A DNA stretch of 61,933 bases, counting the filler. It is 6 parts of 6 records of this genome, joined end to end, with 100 filler letters (N's around TTAATTAATTAA, not from the genome) between each part and the next. Parts side by side here need not be neighbours in the genome. Positions count along the whole stretch, not along the records: positions 7,941 to 15,420 come from SRR2962707_2571; positions 15,521 to 21,541 come from SRR2962707_2572; positions 21,642 to 28,084 come from SRR2962707_2574; 3 more parts are not named here. The stretch is one strand, 5' to 3'. The position numbers and the translations under genes were made by a program. Within the stretch, counting starts at the first letter, position 1. Each line of letters begins with the position of its first letter. Under the pieces are notes generated by a model, which saw only the letters and a program-made list of their open reading frames with translations, ran no database searches and had not been told where the DNA came from. Positions 11,117 through 22,088 of the stretch are shown one piece after another.

Positions 11117-12517
11117 ATGACATCAGGCAAACCAAGATACCAAGTTCTCGAGGCATCTCTGCGCGAAGGCATACTGTCGGGGCGGTGGCGGCCTGGCGAA
11201 CGGATACCTTCAATAAGAAAGCTGTGCCAGAACCATAGCCTTGCCAAAATTACCGTTCAGCACGCACTGCAGCGTCTTGAAGCGCAGGGGTTGGTCGAGG
11301 CTCGTGAACGCAGTGGCTTTTTTGTGTCTGTGGCGCCAAACCGATTTGAGAGCCCAAGTCATCCTGTAACGCTGGAAGCGCCTCAGCCCGTATCCGTCAG
11401 TCAGGTTTTTCAGGACATTATGAGCCGAAGTGCGGCTTTCGATCTGCTACCGGGCTCCGACAAAAACGACGTACCTGCTGGCATCGTGCAGCTGAATCGT
11501 TCTATTTCCCGGGCATTGAGGCGCCAGCGCGGAGACTTTCAATACTATGACGAGCCGGCAGGAGACCCTTCGTTACGGCAACAGATAGCACTGCGGGCGG
11601 CAAAACGTGGTTGGCAGGCAGAAGTAGATGAGCTTTGCATCACGTCTGGTTGCCAGCAGTCACTGTTCCTTGCGCTGATGGCGGTATGCCAAAAGGGTGA
11701 TGTCGTTGCGGTTGAAGCACCCGGTTTCTATGGCGTTCTTCAGTTGTTGGAGCAACTGGGGCTTCAAGTAGTAGAGATTCCGGCATCGGCGGAAACGGGA
11801 CTGGATGTCGGTGCTTTTGAGCAAACATTGCAGCGTTGGGACATCAAAGCCTGCGTGGTCTCTCCGTCGTTTGCTACCCCCACTGGCGCTTCAATGTCAC
11901 TGCATTCCCGGGTACATCTGATAGAGCTCGCAGAACGCCATGATCTGGCGATCATAGAAGACGACATATACGGCGAGTCTGGCTGGCTGGTCGTGCCGGA
12001 TACACTGAAAGCCGTCGACCACCCGAACAGGGTCATCCACTGTAGCTCGCTTTCCAAAGTGCTTTCCCGGGACCTGCGTTTGGGCTGGATATCCGGAGGG
12101 CGATGGCACGACGACATCGTTCGGCTGAAGCTTACATCACAGCTTGCCAGTAGCCGGTTCATTCAGCGCGGAGTTGCAGATTTTTTCGCGGATGGCGGGT
12201 ATGCGGCCTACCTGCGGCGATACCGCCAGCAACTGCAGTGCCAACGAGACCAGTTGCTCGATTTGCTGGGTACATGGCCTGTCCCGATTCGGGCAACTTC
12301 TCCGGCAGGAGGGTTGGCGCTGTGGCTGGAATTGCCAGAGCATGTTGACACCATAAAGCTGTATAACCGCGCCTTGGACGAGGGTGTCGTGATCACTCCA
12401 GGTGAGCTATTTTCGATGTCCGGGAAATTCTCAAACTGTTTACGGCTCAGTTTTGCGCACCCCTGGACGAGAGCCAGAGCTGAGGCATTAATGCGGCTCC
12501 CCGGTCTGATGGCCTGA
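11117..12517 (+). CDS. GntR/MocR-family regulator (wHTH plus PLP aminotransferase-like domain)
   Basis: GERIPSIRKL...LEAQGLVEARERSGFFV, IIEDDIYG, SSLSK PLP lysine. Confidence 0.92.
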   Translation: MTSGKPRYQVLEASLREGILSGRWRPGERIPSIRKLCQNHSLAKITVQHALQRLEAQGLVEARERSGFFVSVAPNRFESPSHPVTLEAPQPVSVSQVFQDIMSRSAAFDLLPGSDKNDVPAGIVQLNRSISRALRRQRGDFQYYDEPAGDPSLRQQIALRAAKRGWQAEVDELCITSGCQQSLFLALMAVCQKGDVVAVEAPGFYGVLQLLEQLGLQVVEIPASAETGLDVGAFEQTLQRWDIKACVVSPSFATPTGASMSLHSRVHLIELAERHDLAIIEDDIYGESGWLVVPDTLKAVDHPNRVIHCSSLSKVLSRDLRLGWISGGRWHDDIVRLKLTSQLASSRFIQRGVADFFADGGYAAYLRRYRQQLQCQRDQLLDLLGTWPVPIRATSPAGGLALWLELPEHVDTIKLYNRALDEGVVITPGELFSMSGKFSNCLRLSFAHPWTRARAEALMRLPGLMA

Positions 12518-12633
12518 CACAAACCCTCATCTGTCCCTATCAATTTCAAAAAATGTGGTCCTGCCCCTAATAAACCAATACCTCTATCCTGCCGCCACTC
12601 GATCACATCCGATGACAGGTAAGGGGTGCAGCG

Positions 12634-14022
12634 GTGACCCAGCTCATTTCCGTAAAACAGCTCGACCAGGCGCCTGGCGCCAGAGGAAACCAGAAAATAC
12701 AGCCACGATCCTTTACGGGCCTTTATCGACGCTTGAGGCTCTGCGGAGGAGCTGTACTGTTCGCCCTGTATTTTGGGGTCGTCTGGCTGAACTGGAATGA
12801 CCGTCAGGCCGTGCTTTGGGATCTGGCGGCGAAAGAGTTCCATATCTTTTCAGCCACGTTCTGGCCAGAAGATCTCATTCTGTTATCGGCAATTCTTCTG
12901 ATATGCGCATTCGGACTCTTCTTTATCACGATGTGGGCCGGCCGTGTGTGGTGTGGCTATGCCTGCCCACAAAGTGTCTGGACCTGGGTATTCCTGTGGG
13001 CAGAGCGCTTAGCCGAGGGCGATCGCTCCCGAAGAATCAAGTTGGACAGAGCCGGGGCAAGTGTAAATAAAGCAGCCCGAAGAGCCAGCAAACATGGCCT
13101 CTGGCTCATAATCAGCCTAATTACCGCGATTACGTTTGTTGGATATTTCACCCCGATCCGGGCCCTGGTTGGAGATTTGGTGAGCCTGGAGGCGTCTGGC
13201 TGGGCTGCGTTCTGGGTCTTCTTTTTTACCGCAGCCACCTATTTGAATGCGGGCTGGCTCAGGGAGAAGGTCTGCTTTCACATGTGCCCTTATGGCCGCT
13301 TTCAATCTTCCATGGTCGATGCCGATTCGATGGTAGTGAGCTATGACGCGGCGAGGGGAGAGCCCCGGGGTTCTCGTCGAAAGGGTGAGCGGCGCGCCCC
13401 GGACGACGGCCTGGGAGACTGCATTGATTGCCAGTTGTGCGTTCAGGTCTGCCCGACAGGTATCGACATTCGTGACGGACTGCAAATGGAATGCATTGGC
13501 TGCGCGGCCTGCATTGATGCCTGCGACTCCATCATGGACAAGATGGGGTACAACCGGGGACTGGTTCGCTATGCGAGTGAGCGGGAACTGGCCGGTGGCC
13601 GGACACGTGTGCTGCGACCTCGCCTGATCGGCTATTTCCTCCTGCTGGTTTCGACGATCGCCTTGTTCTCCTGGGGCGTCGCGTCCCGGCCGCTGGTGAC
13701 CCTTGATGTAGAGCGGGATCGAGGGATGTACCGGTTTACTGCAGGCGGTCAGATTGAAAACAGCTATCTGTTGAAAGTAAGAAACAAGGACAGCGAGGCG
13801 AGGTTTTTTATACTTGACGTAGTAGGACTTGAGCATGGCGAATATCAGGGGCCAGGCAGTCTGGCACTGGAACCCGGGGAAAAAGCCGAGATTCCCGTAT
13901 CCGTTACCTATCCGCCTGAATCTCTCTCCAGTGCCAATGTGAATATTCAGTTTGAAGTCAGCTCAATGGACAGCAAGGGAGCGCCTGTAACCTCCAGATC
14001 AACCTTCCTCGGGCCCAGGTAA
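12634..14022 (+). CDS. ccoG: cbb3 oxidase accessory protein CcoG/FixG (membrane 4Fe-4S protein)
   Basis: GRVWCGYACPQ, CFHMCPYGRFQ, CIDCQLCVQVCPTGIDIR, CIGCAACIDAC. Confidence 0.93.
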   Translation: MTQLISVKQLDQAPGARGNQKIQPRSFTGLYRRLRLCGGAVLFALYFGVVWLNWNDRQAVLWDLAAKEFHIFSATFWPEDLILLSAILLICAFGLFFITMWAGRVWCGYACPQSVWTWVFLWAERLAEGDRSRRIKLDRAGASVNKAARRASKHGLWLIISLITAITFVGYFTPIRALVGDLVSLEASGWAAFWVFFFTAATYLNAGWLREKVCFHMCPYGRFQSSMVDADSMVVSYDAARGEPRGSRRKGERRAPDDGLGDCIDCQLCVQVCPTGIDIRDGLQMECIGCAACIDACDSIMDKMGYNRGLVRYASERELAGGRTRVLRPRLIGYFLLLVSTIALFSWGVASRPLVTLDVERDRGMYRFTAGGQIENSYLLKVRNKDSEARFFILDVVGLEHGEYQGPGSLALEPGEKAEIPVSVTYPPESLSSANVNIQFEVSSMDSKGAPVTSRSTFLGPR

Positions 14023-14063
14023 TGTCTGGCCGCGGCGAGCATCCTCTCTCTTGTCGTCACTGC

Positions 14064-14245
14064 GTGCCAAATGCTGGCATGCCCGAGAGGGTGTGCCAGT
14101 TACCGGCATGGCGTGTCACTTGTGCCAACAGCTGGCATCGCTATAATTGGCGCCCGCTTTGGCGTGCCTAGGCTGCGATTTTACCGCTCGCCCGCGGCTA
14201 CGCCAGAAACTGGCACCGGCAGAAGCTCGTGCCACTTGTTGGCAT
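14064..14245. repeat. Array of five 17-bp palindromes RYGCCA-N5-YGGCAY
   Basis: Copies start at 14064, 14093, 14122, 14200 and 14229, with a 29-bp period within each group. Confidence 0.85.
14120..14147 (+). promoter_or_regulatory. Candidate sigma70 promoter TTGTGC-N16-TATAAT overlapped by palindrome 3
   Basis: Perfect TATAAT at 14142-14147 and TTGTGC at 14120-14125. Confidence 0.5.
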
Positions 14246-14263
14246 GACGCCTCCAGAGAGTCT

Positions 14264-14569
14264 ATGTACCGCGATTTCAAGACCACCCTTGAGCTCATTA
14301 CCACCGTGCTGGATAACGCTGATCTGACTTCAGATGAGATCCGAAGACGTTATGCCAACATGCCTGACCGGACATTCAAGCGACACATGGCGATTGCCCG
14401 TAAACACGGCGCACAGATGGAATGTGTCTCTGATCCTGCCGGCCGCTACACCTGGATTTGTCGCAACAGAAATCAGATAGAGAGCCGGGTTCGAACCTGG
14501 CTGATCTTTGAGCGCGAACGAACACTGGTGGGCGATTCCCAGCTAGACCTTTTGCATCAGTCTCTGTAG
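14264..14569 (+). CDS. Small winged-HTH DNA-binding protein (101 aa)
   Basis: AGAGAG RBS before ATG 14264; LTSDEIRRRYANMPDRTFKRHMAIARKHG fits an HTH followed by a beta-wing. Confidence 0.65.
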   Translation: MYRDFKTTLELITTVLDNADLTSDEIRRRYANMPDRTFKRHMAIARKHGAQMECVSDPAGRYTWICRNRNQIESRVRTWLIFERERTLVGDSQLDLLHQSL

Positions 14570-14659
14570 TGGCTTTCATTCGCCCGAATGTGGCGCGTGC
14601 CGAAATCGCCACCATTGCCTCGATTTTGCTAAGCTTTCAGAGAGCAGGGAGAAGATGCA

Positions 14660-14887
14660 ATGGCCTTCCATAACCCGGATCCGAAAATCCGTGAAATCGA
14701 ACGTGACAATGCCCGGCTACGTGCCAAATTTTTCGCCGAACTGTTTGGCGGTGCCTGGCGTGTGTTTCGCCGGGTTTTGTTGCGCTGTCGGGTCCGCCAG
14801 CCGCGCGTTTGTTGCATGAAAACTGAGTGCGCACCCCACGAAAATTCTGATCAGCGAAGTGCAAGCTGCTCACAGGTACTGCGCTGA
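14660..14887 (+). CDS. Small protein, RSP_7527-like
   Basis: GGGAGA RBS; IERDNARLRAKFFAELFGGAWR pattern. Confidence 0.45.
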   Translation: MAFHNPDPKIREIERDNARLRAKFFAELFGGAWRVFRRVLLRCRVRQPRVCCMKTECAPHENSDQRSASCSQVLR

Positions 14888-14932
14888 CATTTGCCCCGTA
14901 TACCTGACGAACAACGACGAGATGAGCATTTT

Positions 14933-15420
14933 ATGGCTGCGGCAACCGAAAGTGAGCTTCGGAGTAACAGATATATTCATCCGGTGGTGGCGACGATTGC
15001 GGTGCTTTTCAGGAACGATGAAGTGTTGCTGGTGCGCCGTGCCAACCCGCCGGACGCGGGTCGCTGGGGGTTTCCGGGTGGAAAAATGGAACTGGGAGAG
15101 ACGATCGAAGCCGCCGCTGTCAGGGAGTTGTTCGAAGAGACCGGCATTCGGGCGACCGCCGGCAGGGTATTCAATGCCGTGGATGCCTACGACGTCGGGG
15201 ATGAAGGGCATCTTCGTTCCCACTTCGTCCTGATCGCCGTTCTCTGTCATTGGGAGGAGGGTGAGCCGATAGCCGCCGACGATGCACTGGATGCGGCGTT
15301 CGTTCCGATGGCGACCCTGGGCTCAAGCGACCTCGCTCTGAGTCTTGATGTTGAGGAGATCGCTCGGGAGGCTTATACGTTGCTTCGAAACCAAAAACGC
15401 ACCGTCCCTGGTGCCAAGAC
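14933..15420 (+). CDS. Nudix hydrolase, runs off the contig end
   Basis: Nudix box GKMELGETIEAAAVRELFEETGI. Confidence 0.92.
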
Positions 15421-15520
15421 NNNNNNNNNNNNNNNNNNNNNNNNNNNNNNNNNNNNNNNNNNNNTTAATTAATTAANNNNNNNNNNNNNNNNNNNNNNNN
15501 NNNNNNNNNNNNNNNNNNNN
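15421..15520. other. Artificial contig linker
   Basis: N44-TTAATTAATTAA-N44. Confidence 0.99.
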
Positions 15521-15602
15521 TTTTTTTTTTTTTTTTTTTTTTTTTCCGTGCGTGTGGCTTGTTAATTGTGCTCTATTTCCTGTATATTCCATGGCCTCGC
15601 AG

Positions 15603-18600
15603 CACCGTTGCCTGAGGCTTCAAGCAAGCGAACGGGCGTCAACTACTGAATTACTCCAGCTGGCATTTGTGAGCGGAGTCGACCCTGAGCAAGATTTGTT
15701 TTCCCCTGCACGACTGCGGCGAGCTTTTGAGCAGCAGAAAGCTTTGCAATGTGCGTCGAAAGACGCTTCCGCCGAGGCGCAGGTGGGGAATCCGTGGCTG
15801 ACGAAGGACCTCCGTCGGCTGCTTCTGGCGGACGATTCTCCCTCGCCGTCCAGTGATCGTCATCGTGGGCGAACGGCCCCAGCTAGAAGCACAAGTCGAG
15901 GACCGCGCCAGCAGGCACCTCCTGGCGAAGCTGCAACTGCAAGCACCAGTGCCTCGAGCTCTTGTGCGTCGGAAGGACAATTTCTTGTTGCTCAAGGCAA
16001 CGTCTCGGAGAATGGTCATGGCCTGATGACCAATGTTGTCGATACGGGCACGAGCTCCCAATTCGATTGCGCGGCCACCGGCTCCAACACTGGAACAGAT
16101 ACAGTTCCGGCCAGCGAAATTGCCCTCGTCGTTTACGATGCGGACAGTGCTGTGCAGTTCCTCACAGCGTCAGGCGCGTTCGATGCACTTTCCTGTTCTC
16201 CTGTTCATCAACAAATGGCTGGGCAACCTTCCACAAATACCATCTTCGACCGCAGAGCAAGTGGCAGTGATTTCCAGAAGTGGCATCCAGAGACAAAGGA
16301 CGCTGGCTTTGAAATCACTGGGTTCTTTGGACCAGATGTGCCGGAGGTAGTTGTGTTTGGGCCAACCGCTTTTCGAAACCCTGAAGGACTCAGCGCCTGG
16401 TGCTGTCGAGAAGCTACCGCTTGACGAATCTTGGCAGGGCAGCCGCCCCTCGATTGCGTTGGAGGATCCATTGTGGCCATTTAGTCGCGAACTGGATCGA
16501 TGTAAGTCGGATGCCGCCATTGTGCCAATTGGCCGACGGTGCATCCGTGCCTTCGAAGCAGTGTTCCAGCTGCTTTTCAACGTTACCGTCCGTGGTGCAT
16601 CCGCATTCCATTCGACCGGTGCTGGAACGTCTGGTGCAATAAGCGAGAAGGTCGATGGTGATGAAGACACGAAGAAAGGTGAAGTGGACCTCGGAGGCCG
16701 TGAACATTGTGATGAGAACCTTGTCGGGTTCGTTTCAGTCACGAAGCAGTGTGGATCCCAACCTGAGGGCGGTCCTGGCGAGACCAATGTTGAAGCTTGC
16801 TACTCCGCTCCAGAAGAATTGCTTCGGCTTCAACTTCAGCTGTCACCGCCAGCGTGGGTGCAAGGTCCTCAACTGCCCATGACTGCAGAGCACGATAATA
16901 CCATTGATCTCGATTACGGGCTTCGCCTTCGCGAAAAAATGGGCTTTGACGCACTCGCCCGACCAACTCGCCGCCGCAAGAACAGTACAAGTGCTCCCTC
17001 GTCCCCAGTTGCTTTGTCACTTGGTGTGTTGCCAGAAACTGACCATGACCTTGAAGGGCAAACGTCCTCCCTTGAAATGGACAACCGTGCGGTACAGGAC
17101 GGTGAATCATCGCGCACTCCACATTTGTTTGTGCGAGATCCACTTTTTCAGATTTCCGCGCAGCTTGAACTACTTCACAGTCTGACTGCGCAGCGAAGCA
17201 ATCGGCACGGGGAAGCAGCAAGTGCGGCAAATGTTCCAACATCGCTCTCGCTCCTTCGTTTGTCAACCGTACGGGGAGTGAACTTGTCGTCTGTGGGGTG
17301 CAGTCTTCAATTCATTGTCAAACAAAAGCATTCGGTTGCTGATGAAGAAATTAACGGATTTGCACCCCCAACTGCGTTTCTGGCGTCGCAGTGGCTTGGA
17401 CAGGCACGATCCAACTTGCAACACCCGCGGCACGCTGTGTCTTGGCGGTGGAGGCTGTTCAACCGTTTGCGGGACGCAGTGCATATGTGTCGTGCGCTGG
17501 TCCAGACCCACGAACTCATCCGCTGCACTTACGACAGCATCAAGGCTGCTTTGCTGGATGCTAGAGTTCACCTGCAGCAGGCCCGCGCGCGTTCCGCAAC
17601 TGACGCTTGTAGCGCTGTCGATGCGGCGAGCTGGTCGTGCTCTGAGCGTGAGGTGCGTGTGGTCATTTTTGTGGTTGACCTATCAGTTCCGTGATTGTGC
17701 TGCACTAATTGTGTTTTGCTGTGAACTTGATCTTGCATACCACAGTTGCTGTTGATATGGCACGATTTCACTGCGTGTGTTCAAGCATTTACAAGCTCGG
17801 CTGGGCATGACGCGAAAGAGGTTCCACCAAGCACCTTTTCGCAGCCATCAAGAAATGCCGCCCTTTCCAAATCGCCAAGCGGCTCTGAAACCAACGTGCA
17901 AAGCGGCTCTGATGACATGAAAATGACACCTGCTATAGTTTCGGTTCCCACCGTCTCCAGTGCCAAAGATTCTGATATCTCAGGGAGCGAGCCTTCCTTG
18001 ACGCACAGTAGCAGCGACATCTCTCTGTTTGGGCAATTCCGAAGTCGTGTGCAAAGGGTCATGCAGCACTTGAACGATTTGGTCGACGAGGTCGACCGTG
18101 CTGGACTCGAGGAGGAACGGCTTGCTGCGACTGGGAACTTCATTAGCACGCGCCAGCCAGTGCACTCATTTCATGGGCCTGCTGCCGCTGCTGCCGCGGC
18201 GGTTGCCGCTAGAAGTCCAGGTCCTGCTCTGCTTGACGATGTCATTGGCTCAGCATCCGAGGGGGGGACCTGGCAAGAAGACAACCCAGTTTGGGACTGG
18301 CGCAGTTGGAAAGGGGTGGCCCTGTACGATGATAGCGCGTTTTTCAGGTAGGTTTTCTTGCGGCATGTGAATACGGAGTTGTGGTTGGAGTATTGCAGCA
18401 CCTGAATTTTGTACGTATTACGTGCACTGTTTGACACAGGTATGAATGGTATGAGAGCGAGGAGGAAGCGGGTGAAGGTTATTACTACCGAGACCTCGAA
18501 TCGTTTGCAACAGCGCAGTACTTTGACTCAGACATGGGATTTGAAGATGGCTGGTATTGCGTGTGGTGCGGCGAGAAGGTAGGACGCTCAGGAACAGACG

Positions 18601-20278
18601 AAGAATCACACGAAGATGCTGAGTCAAGCGTCTCCAATAATTCCAAGGTTCATGATTCGGCTTCAGAAGTAGGCGAAGAAGGGCAAGACGATCCAAGATA
18701 CTGCCAAGCCTGCGAGTGTGCTCTCGTTTATCCAGGGGAAGTCTCATTCTACGATTCAGCGGCACGTGCAGAGATGCTGCTCAGTGAAGCCGTGGATGGC
18801 AACCCTCGCACAGACTTGGGTCATGGCGATACTGACAACGTGGACGCTGCCGGTTGCGATGGCGAACTCAGCTTCATGGCTGATGAGGAAGATCCTGCGC
18901 TCATTGAATTGGGCGAGTGGGCTCGTAGCGTGCGTGACCAAGTTTTAACAATGAAGTTCCAGCGGTTGTCGGCAAGTAGTGGGAGTGGATCTCATCGTCT
19001 GCTGCGCCACCGAACAAGCAGTAGTGGTGTCAGTGTTTCTGGTGCATTAAGCCGGCCAAGCACAGCCGCTTCTGCATCGAGTGGTACCGAGGAGCACATT
19101 GGAGACATGGCGCCTGCGGACATTGAGGGAACGGCAAACTCAGATACAGCTGGCGTTATCGACGAGCCTGAAGCCGAGTGGACGGAACAAGAGCTCCAGG
19201 AGTACTGGGACTGGTATTACGGGACTGGGTCCCACGATACGGCCGCTGATGCCGAGTATGAAGAGTACAATGCCAATTATGATTTCGACTTGGTTGACAA
19301 TAATGACTATTCCTCTTATGCTCAATGGTTTGCTGAGGACGCGGGTTCGGCAACCGATGGTGCTGGGGAGGTGATTTTTGTTGGTGCAAATTGCGTGGGT
19401 TGCATGGCCGCTGTTGTTCCTCCTCGACCGCGCTTACTGTTTGGTGTGGTCTTGCTCCAGCACCACGAGGACGAAGCAGGAACGCCGGTCGCGACCAATT
19501 TGAACTCCAGCTTCGCCTCGACAGGTTCGACCGAACATAACGTGGATTACGGGTATTATGACAATCACAATGGTTACTATGTACGTTATCTGCCCATTTT
19601 TGGAACAAGTGACGTGTCGTTTTACGGATATGTGAGTGCCTGTGCCAGTGAACACTCCGCCTTATGCTCTTGTGGTGGCCATTTCGAAACAGGACGACGA
19701 TGGTGAGTACAGCTACTATGAGGGTGAATTCGACGAGAGTCTCAATGAAGCGGATCTTTCAGCCTCGTATGATACAGATGGTTACGACTACGATTACGAC
19801 TATGGTTACGATGAGAGTAGTGCTTATGAGGAAACAGACACCGAAAATGGTGACAATACCAATCTTGTAGGTGCTGGCGCGAATGGTGACGACCAAATCA
19901 TTGTTGTGGCTCTTGCGAACTACAAGCCAAGTGACGACACTGAACTGGTCTGTACAACAGCTGTGTTGTGTTCCTTTTTGTCGAAGAGATGTGTGACGCT
20001 TGGCTTGGGACGTTGACATCTTGCTTTTTGATCAACTTGATTTGCAGGCGCTGGCCGAAGGGGATGTCTTGCGCGTGCTTGAGCAAGATGAAAGTGGGTG
20101 GTGGTACGGGGAAAAAGGCAAAGTTCAAGGCTGGTTTCCATCGAATTTCATATACGTGAAGCGTGATTTGTACACTATCGAAGAAGTAGCCACCCCGCGC
20201 TCTCCACGCACAGATGCGTCCGGCACAGAAAGTGGCGGCGAGATTGAGGAGACTAATCTGGAAACAATCGAGGAATGA
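15603..20278 (+). CDS. Spliced eukaryotic protein, 5'-truncated: probable protein kinase C-terminal end, long low-complexity region, C-terminal SH3 domain
   Basis: After a CAG acceptor at 15600-15602, HRCLRLQASERASTTELLQLAFV resembles kinase subdomain XI. SH3 ALANYKPSDDTEL|ALAEGDVLRVLEQDESGWWYG...GWFPSNFI is joined across GT-AG intron 19948-20047. Consecutive long + strand ORFs in between; that they form a single gene is inferred. Confidence 0.65.
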
Positions 20279-21515
20279 GCCTTCATATCAACTGGATAAG
20301 TTAACACGGTGCCTAAAATCCATTGTTGATCAGATCTAGTTTGCCCAAAGGTTATCGTTCGCATCATCCAAAATTCGGACCAGCCTCCCTCAATAATTGA
20401 TTTGTGGCTTTTCCTCTTGTCTACCATCTCCGGTGGCGTGCAATTGGCGGTACTAAAGCGGAGGATGATGTGCCAGTACGTTTTGGTGCTCCACAGTTGA
20501 ATCACTTGTCTTCCAACCGCTTCCCTCCAAGAACCTCGGCTCAACATATCATCCCACTCGAGCTTGATCCACTCGCATGCTGTCGAGCAGACAAATTGTC
20601 GCCACTCCTGGCAGCCCCTCCACGCTTCTGCCCTTGCATAAAACATACTTATTAACGTGTATTCAGACTATTGTTCAACGACTGTTGCCCGCCTTGTTCG
20701 CCACCCACCAATCACGGCTCACATTTGTTCACTCAGACAGCATGCAATTGTTCACACCTACCATTGTGCCATGACTTTTCCCGTTTCGTATCGTTTGCCA
20801 CCCACCAAAAAAAGAAAGGCCCGACCGACCATGCATGACCATAAGTAAAAAAACGAAAGAAAAGCGAAAAACGAAGCAGCGGGAAAAGAAGCCAAGTTCG
20901 TTTGCACGCTCAGTCAGGGTTCGGACTCGGACTCGAGCGGCTGTCAAAAGCATGCGTTGTATTTTCCGCATCAGTCAGCACCGTCATGAAAATCTTTAAA
21001 AAAGCAATTTATGACGTGATGTTACCTGAAAAAACGCGAAAACTCCGTTTTTTTAGTTAAATGGGACCCAACCAACCACCAGCGCCCAGGTGCTGCTCCT
21101 CGTCGGTTGTCGATTCCCAGAAAGCCCAGAAAAAGTTCAACCTCTTCTTAAAAAAGGTTTCAGACGCTGTTGTAACCGCAAAACCCAAAAACAAAGGTTT
21201 TATGAAATGTGATGTGGAACAATAGTAGCCATAAATGTCGGTTCATACCCAATAGGCAAAATGTCGGTGTTGTCTCACTTTCGGTTTGATATGGGATAAA
21301 AGGGAACGTCTGCTGCACTCCTAGCTCCAGGATCAAGGGTCATTTGGGGGCTTTTTGAACCGTAGCGAAGGGAATGCGCACTCTTTGGGCGAGTTTTGGA
21401 GCCCTTTGAACCTCCGTGTTTGGGGTTGGTGTGGAACGAGGGCGTAGTGCATGGGAGTGCGAAGGATTTGTGGGAACAGGGGCGTAAGTACACGCTTAGT
21501 GCATTCGCTTGGGAA

Positions 21516-21541
21516 CACTCACTCACTCACTCACTCACTCA
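21516..21541. repeat. (CACT)n microsatellite at contig end; the contig also starts with poly-T at 15521-15545
   Basis: Directly visible. Confidence 0.9.
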
Positions 21542-21641
21542 NNNNNNNNNNNNNNNNNNNNNNNNNNNNNNNNNNNNNNNNNNNNTTAATTAATTAANNN
21601 NNNNNNNNNNNNNNNNNNNNNNNNNNNNNNNNNNNNNNNNN
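21542..21641. other. Artificial contig linker
   Basis: N44-TTAATTAATTAA-N44. Confidence 0.99.
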
Positions 21642-21797
21642 CCACCATACCCCCTTATGATTAGCGGCACATAGACCGTATATTTAGCCGACCCCGTACT
21701 GAAATTCGGGCGCTCCGGTACGTAGTTGCAAACGTTTCATGGGCGAAGCAGAAAGCCAGTTTCGGCATTCTATGTGCTGACACTAAGCTCGCCTTGC

Positions 21798-21842
21798 ATG
21801 AGCAAGACTTTGACCACTGTCGACCTGTTTTGCGGTGTTGGA
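21798..21842 (+). pseudogene. Possible N-terminal relic of a C5 cytosine DNA methyltransferase
   Basis: MSKTLTTVDLFCGVG resembles motif I (DLFxGxG) right after an ATG; similarity is then lost. Confidence 0.4.
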
Positions 21843-22088
21843 GATCCCTGCCATTTACTGAGTGCTGAGGATCTAAGGGCACCGGCAAACCGCAACAGAT
21901 TCAACGCCGGGCGGTCCCACGTCGCCCCCACCGGGACAGCATGCAACTGGGCATGAACGCAGGAGGCCACGCCGCAAAGTATTGAGGGTACGTTCGTTTC
22001 GCCCGATGCTCCCGGCATTTGATAGATCTCAAGACGGCATTACACCTGCCAGGGTAATGGCACCCAGAACACAGGAATCGGAGCATCA

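Noticed and set aside
14064..14245. CRISPR array or sigma54 promoters
   Set aside because: Units are 17 bp with variable centres and 12-nt spacers, and no cas genes are present; the TGGCA half-sites lack a correctly spaced -12 TTGC
20279..21515. Short ORFs in the AT-richer tail of contig C
   Set aside because: No motifs or consistent splice pattern; treated as non-coding
21516..21541. (CACT)n as a telomere
   Set aside because: Short tetranucleotide run; the other eukaryotic contig ends also stop at unrelated simple repeats, consistent with assembly breaks
21642..21660. TACCCCC tract resembling a CsoR/RcnR operator half-site
   Set aside because: At the contig edge, with no matching second half visible
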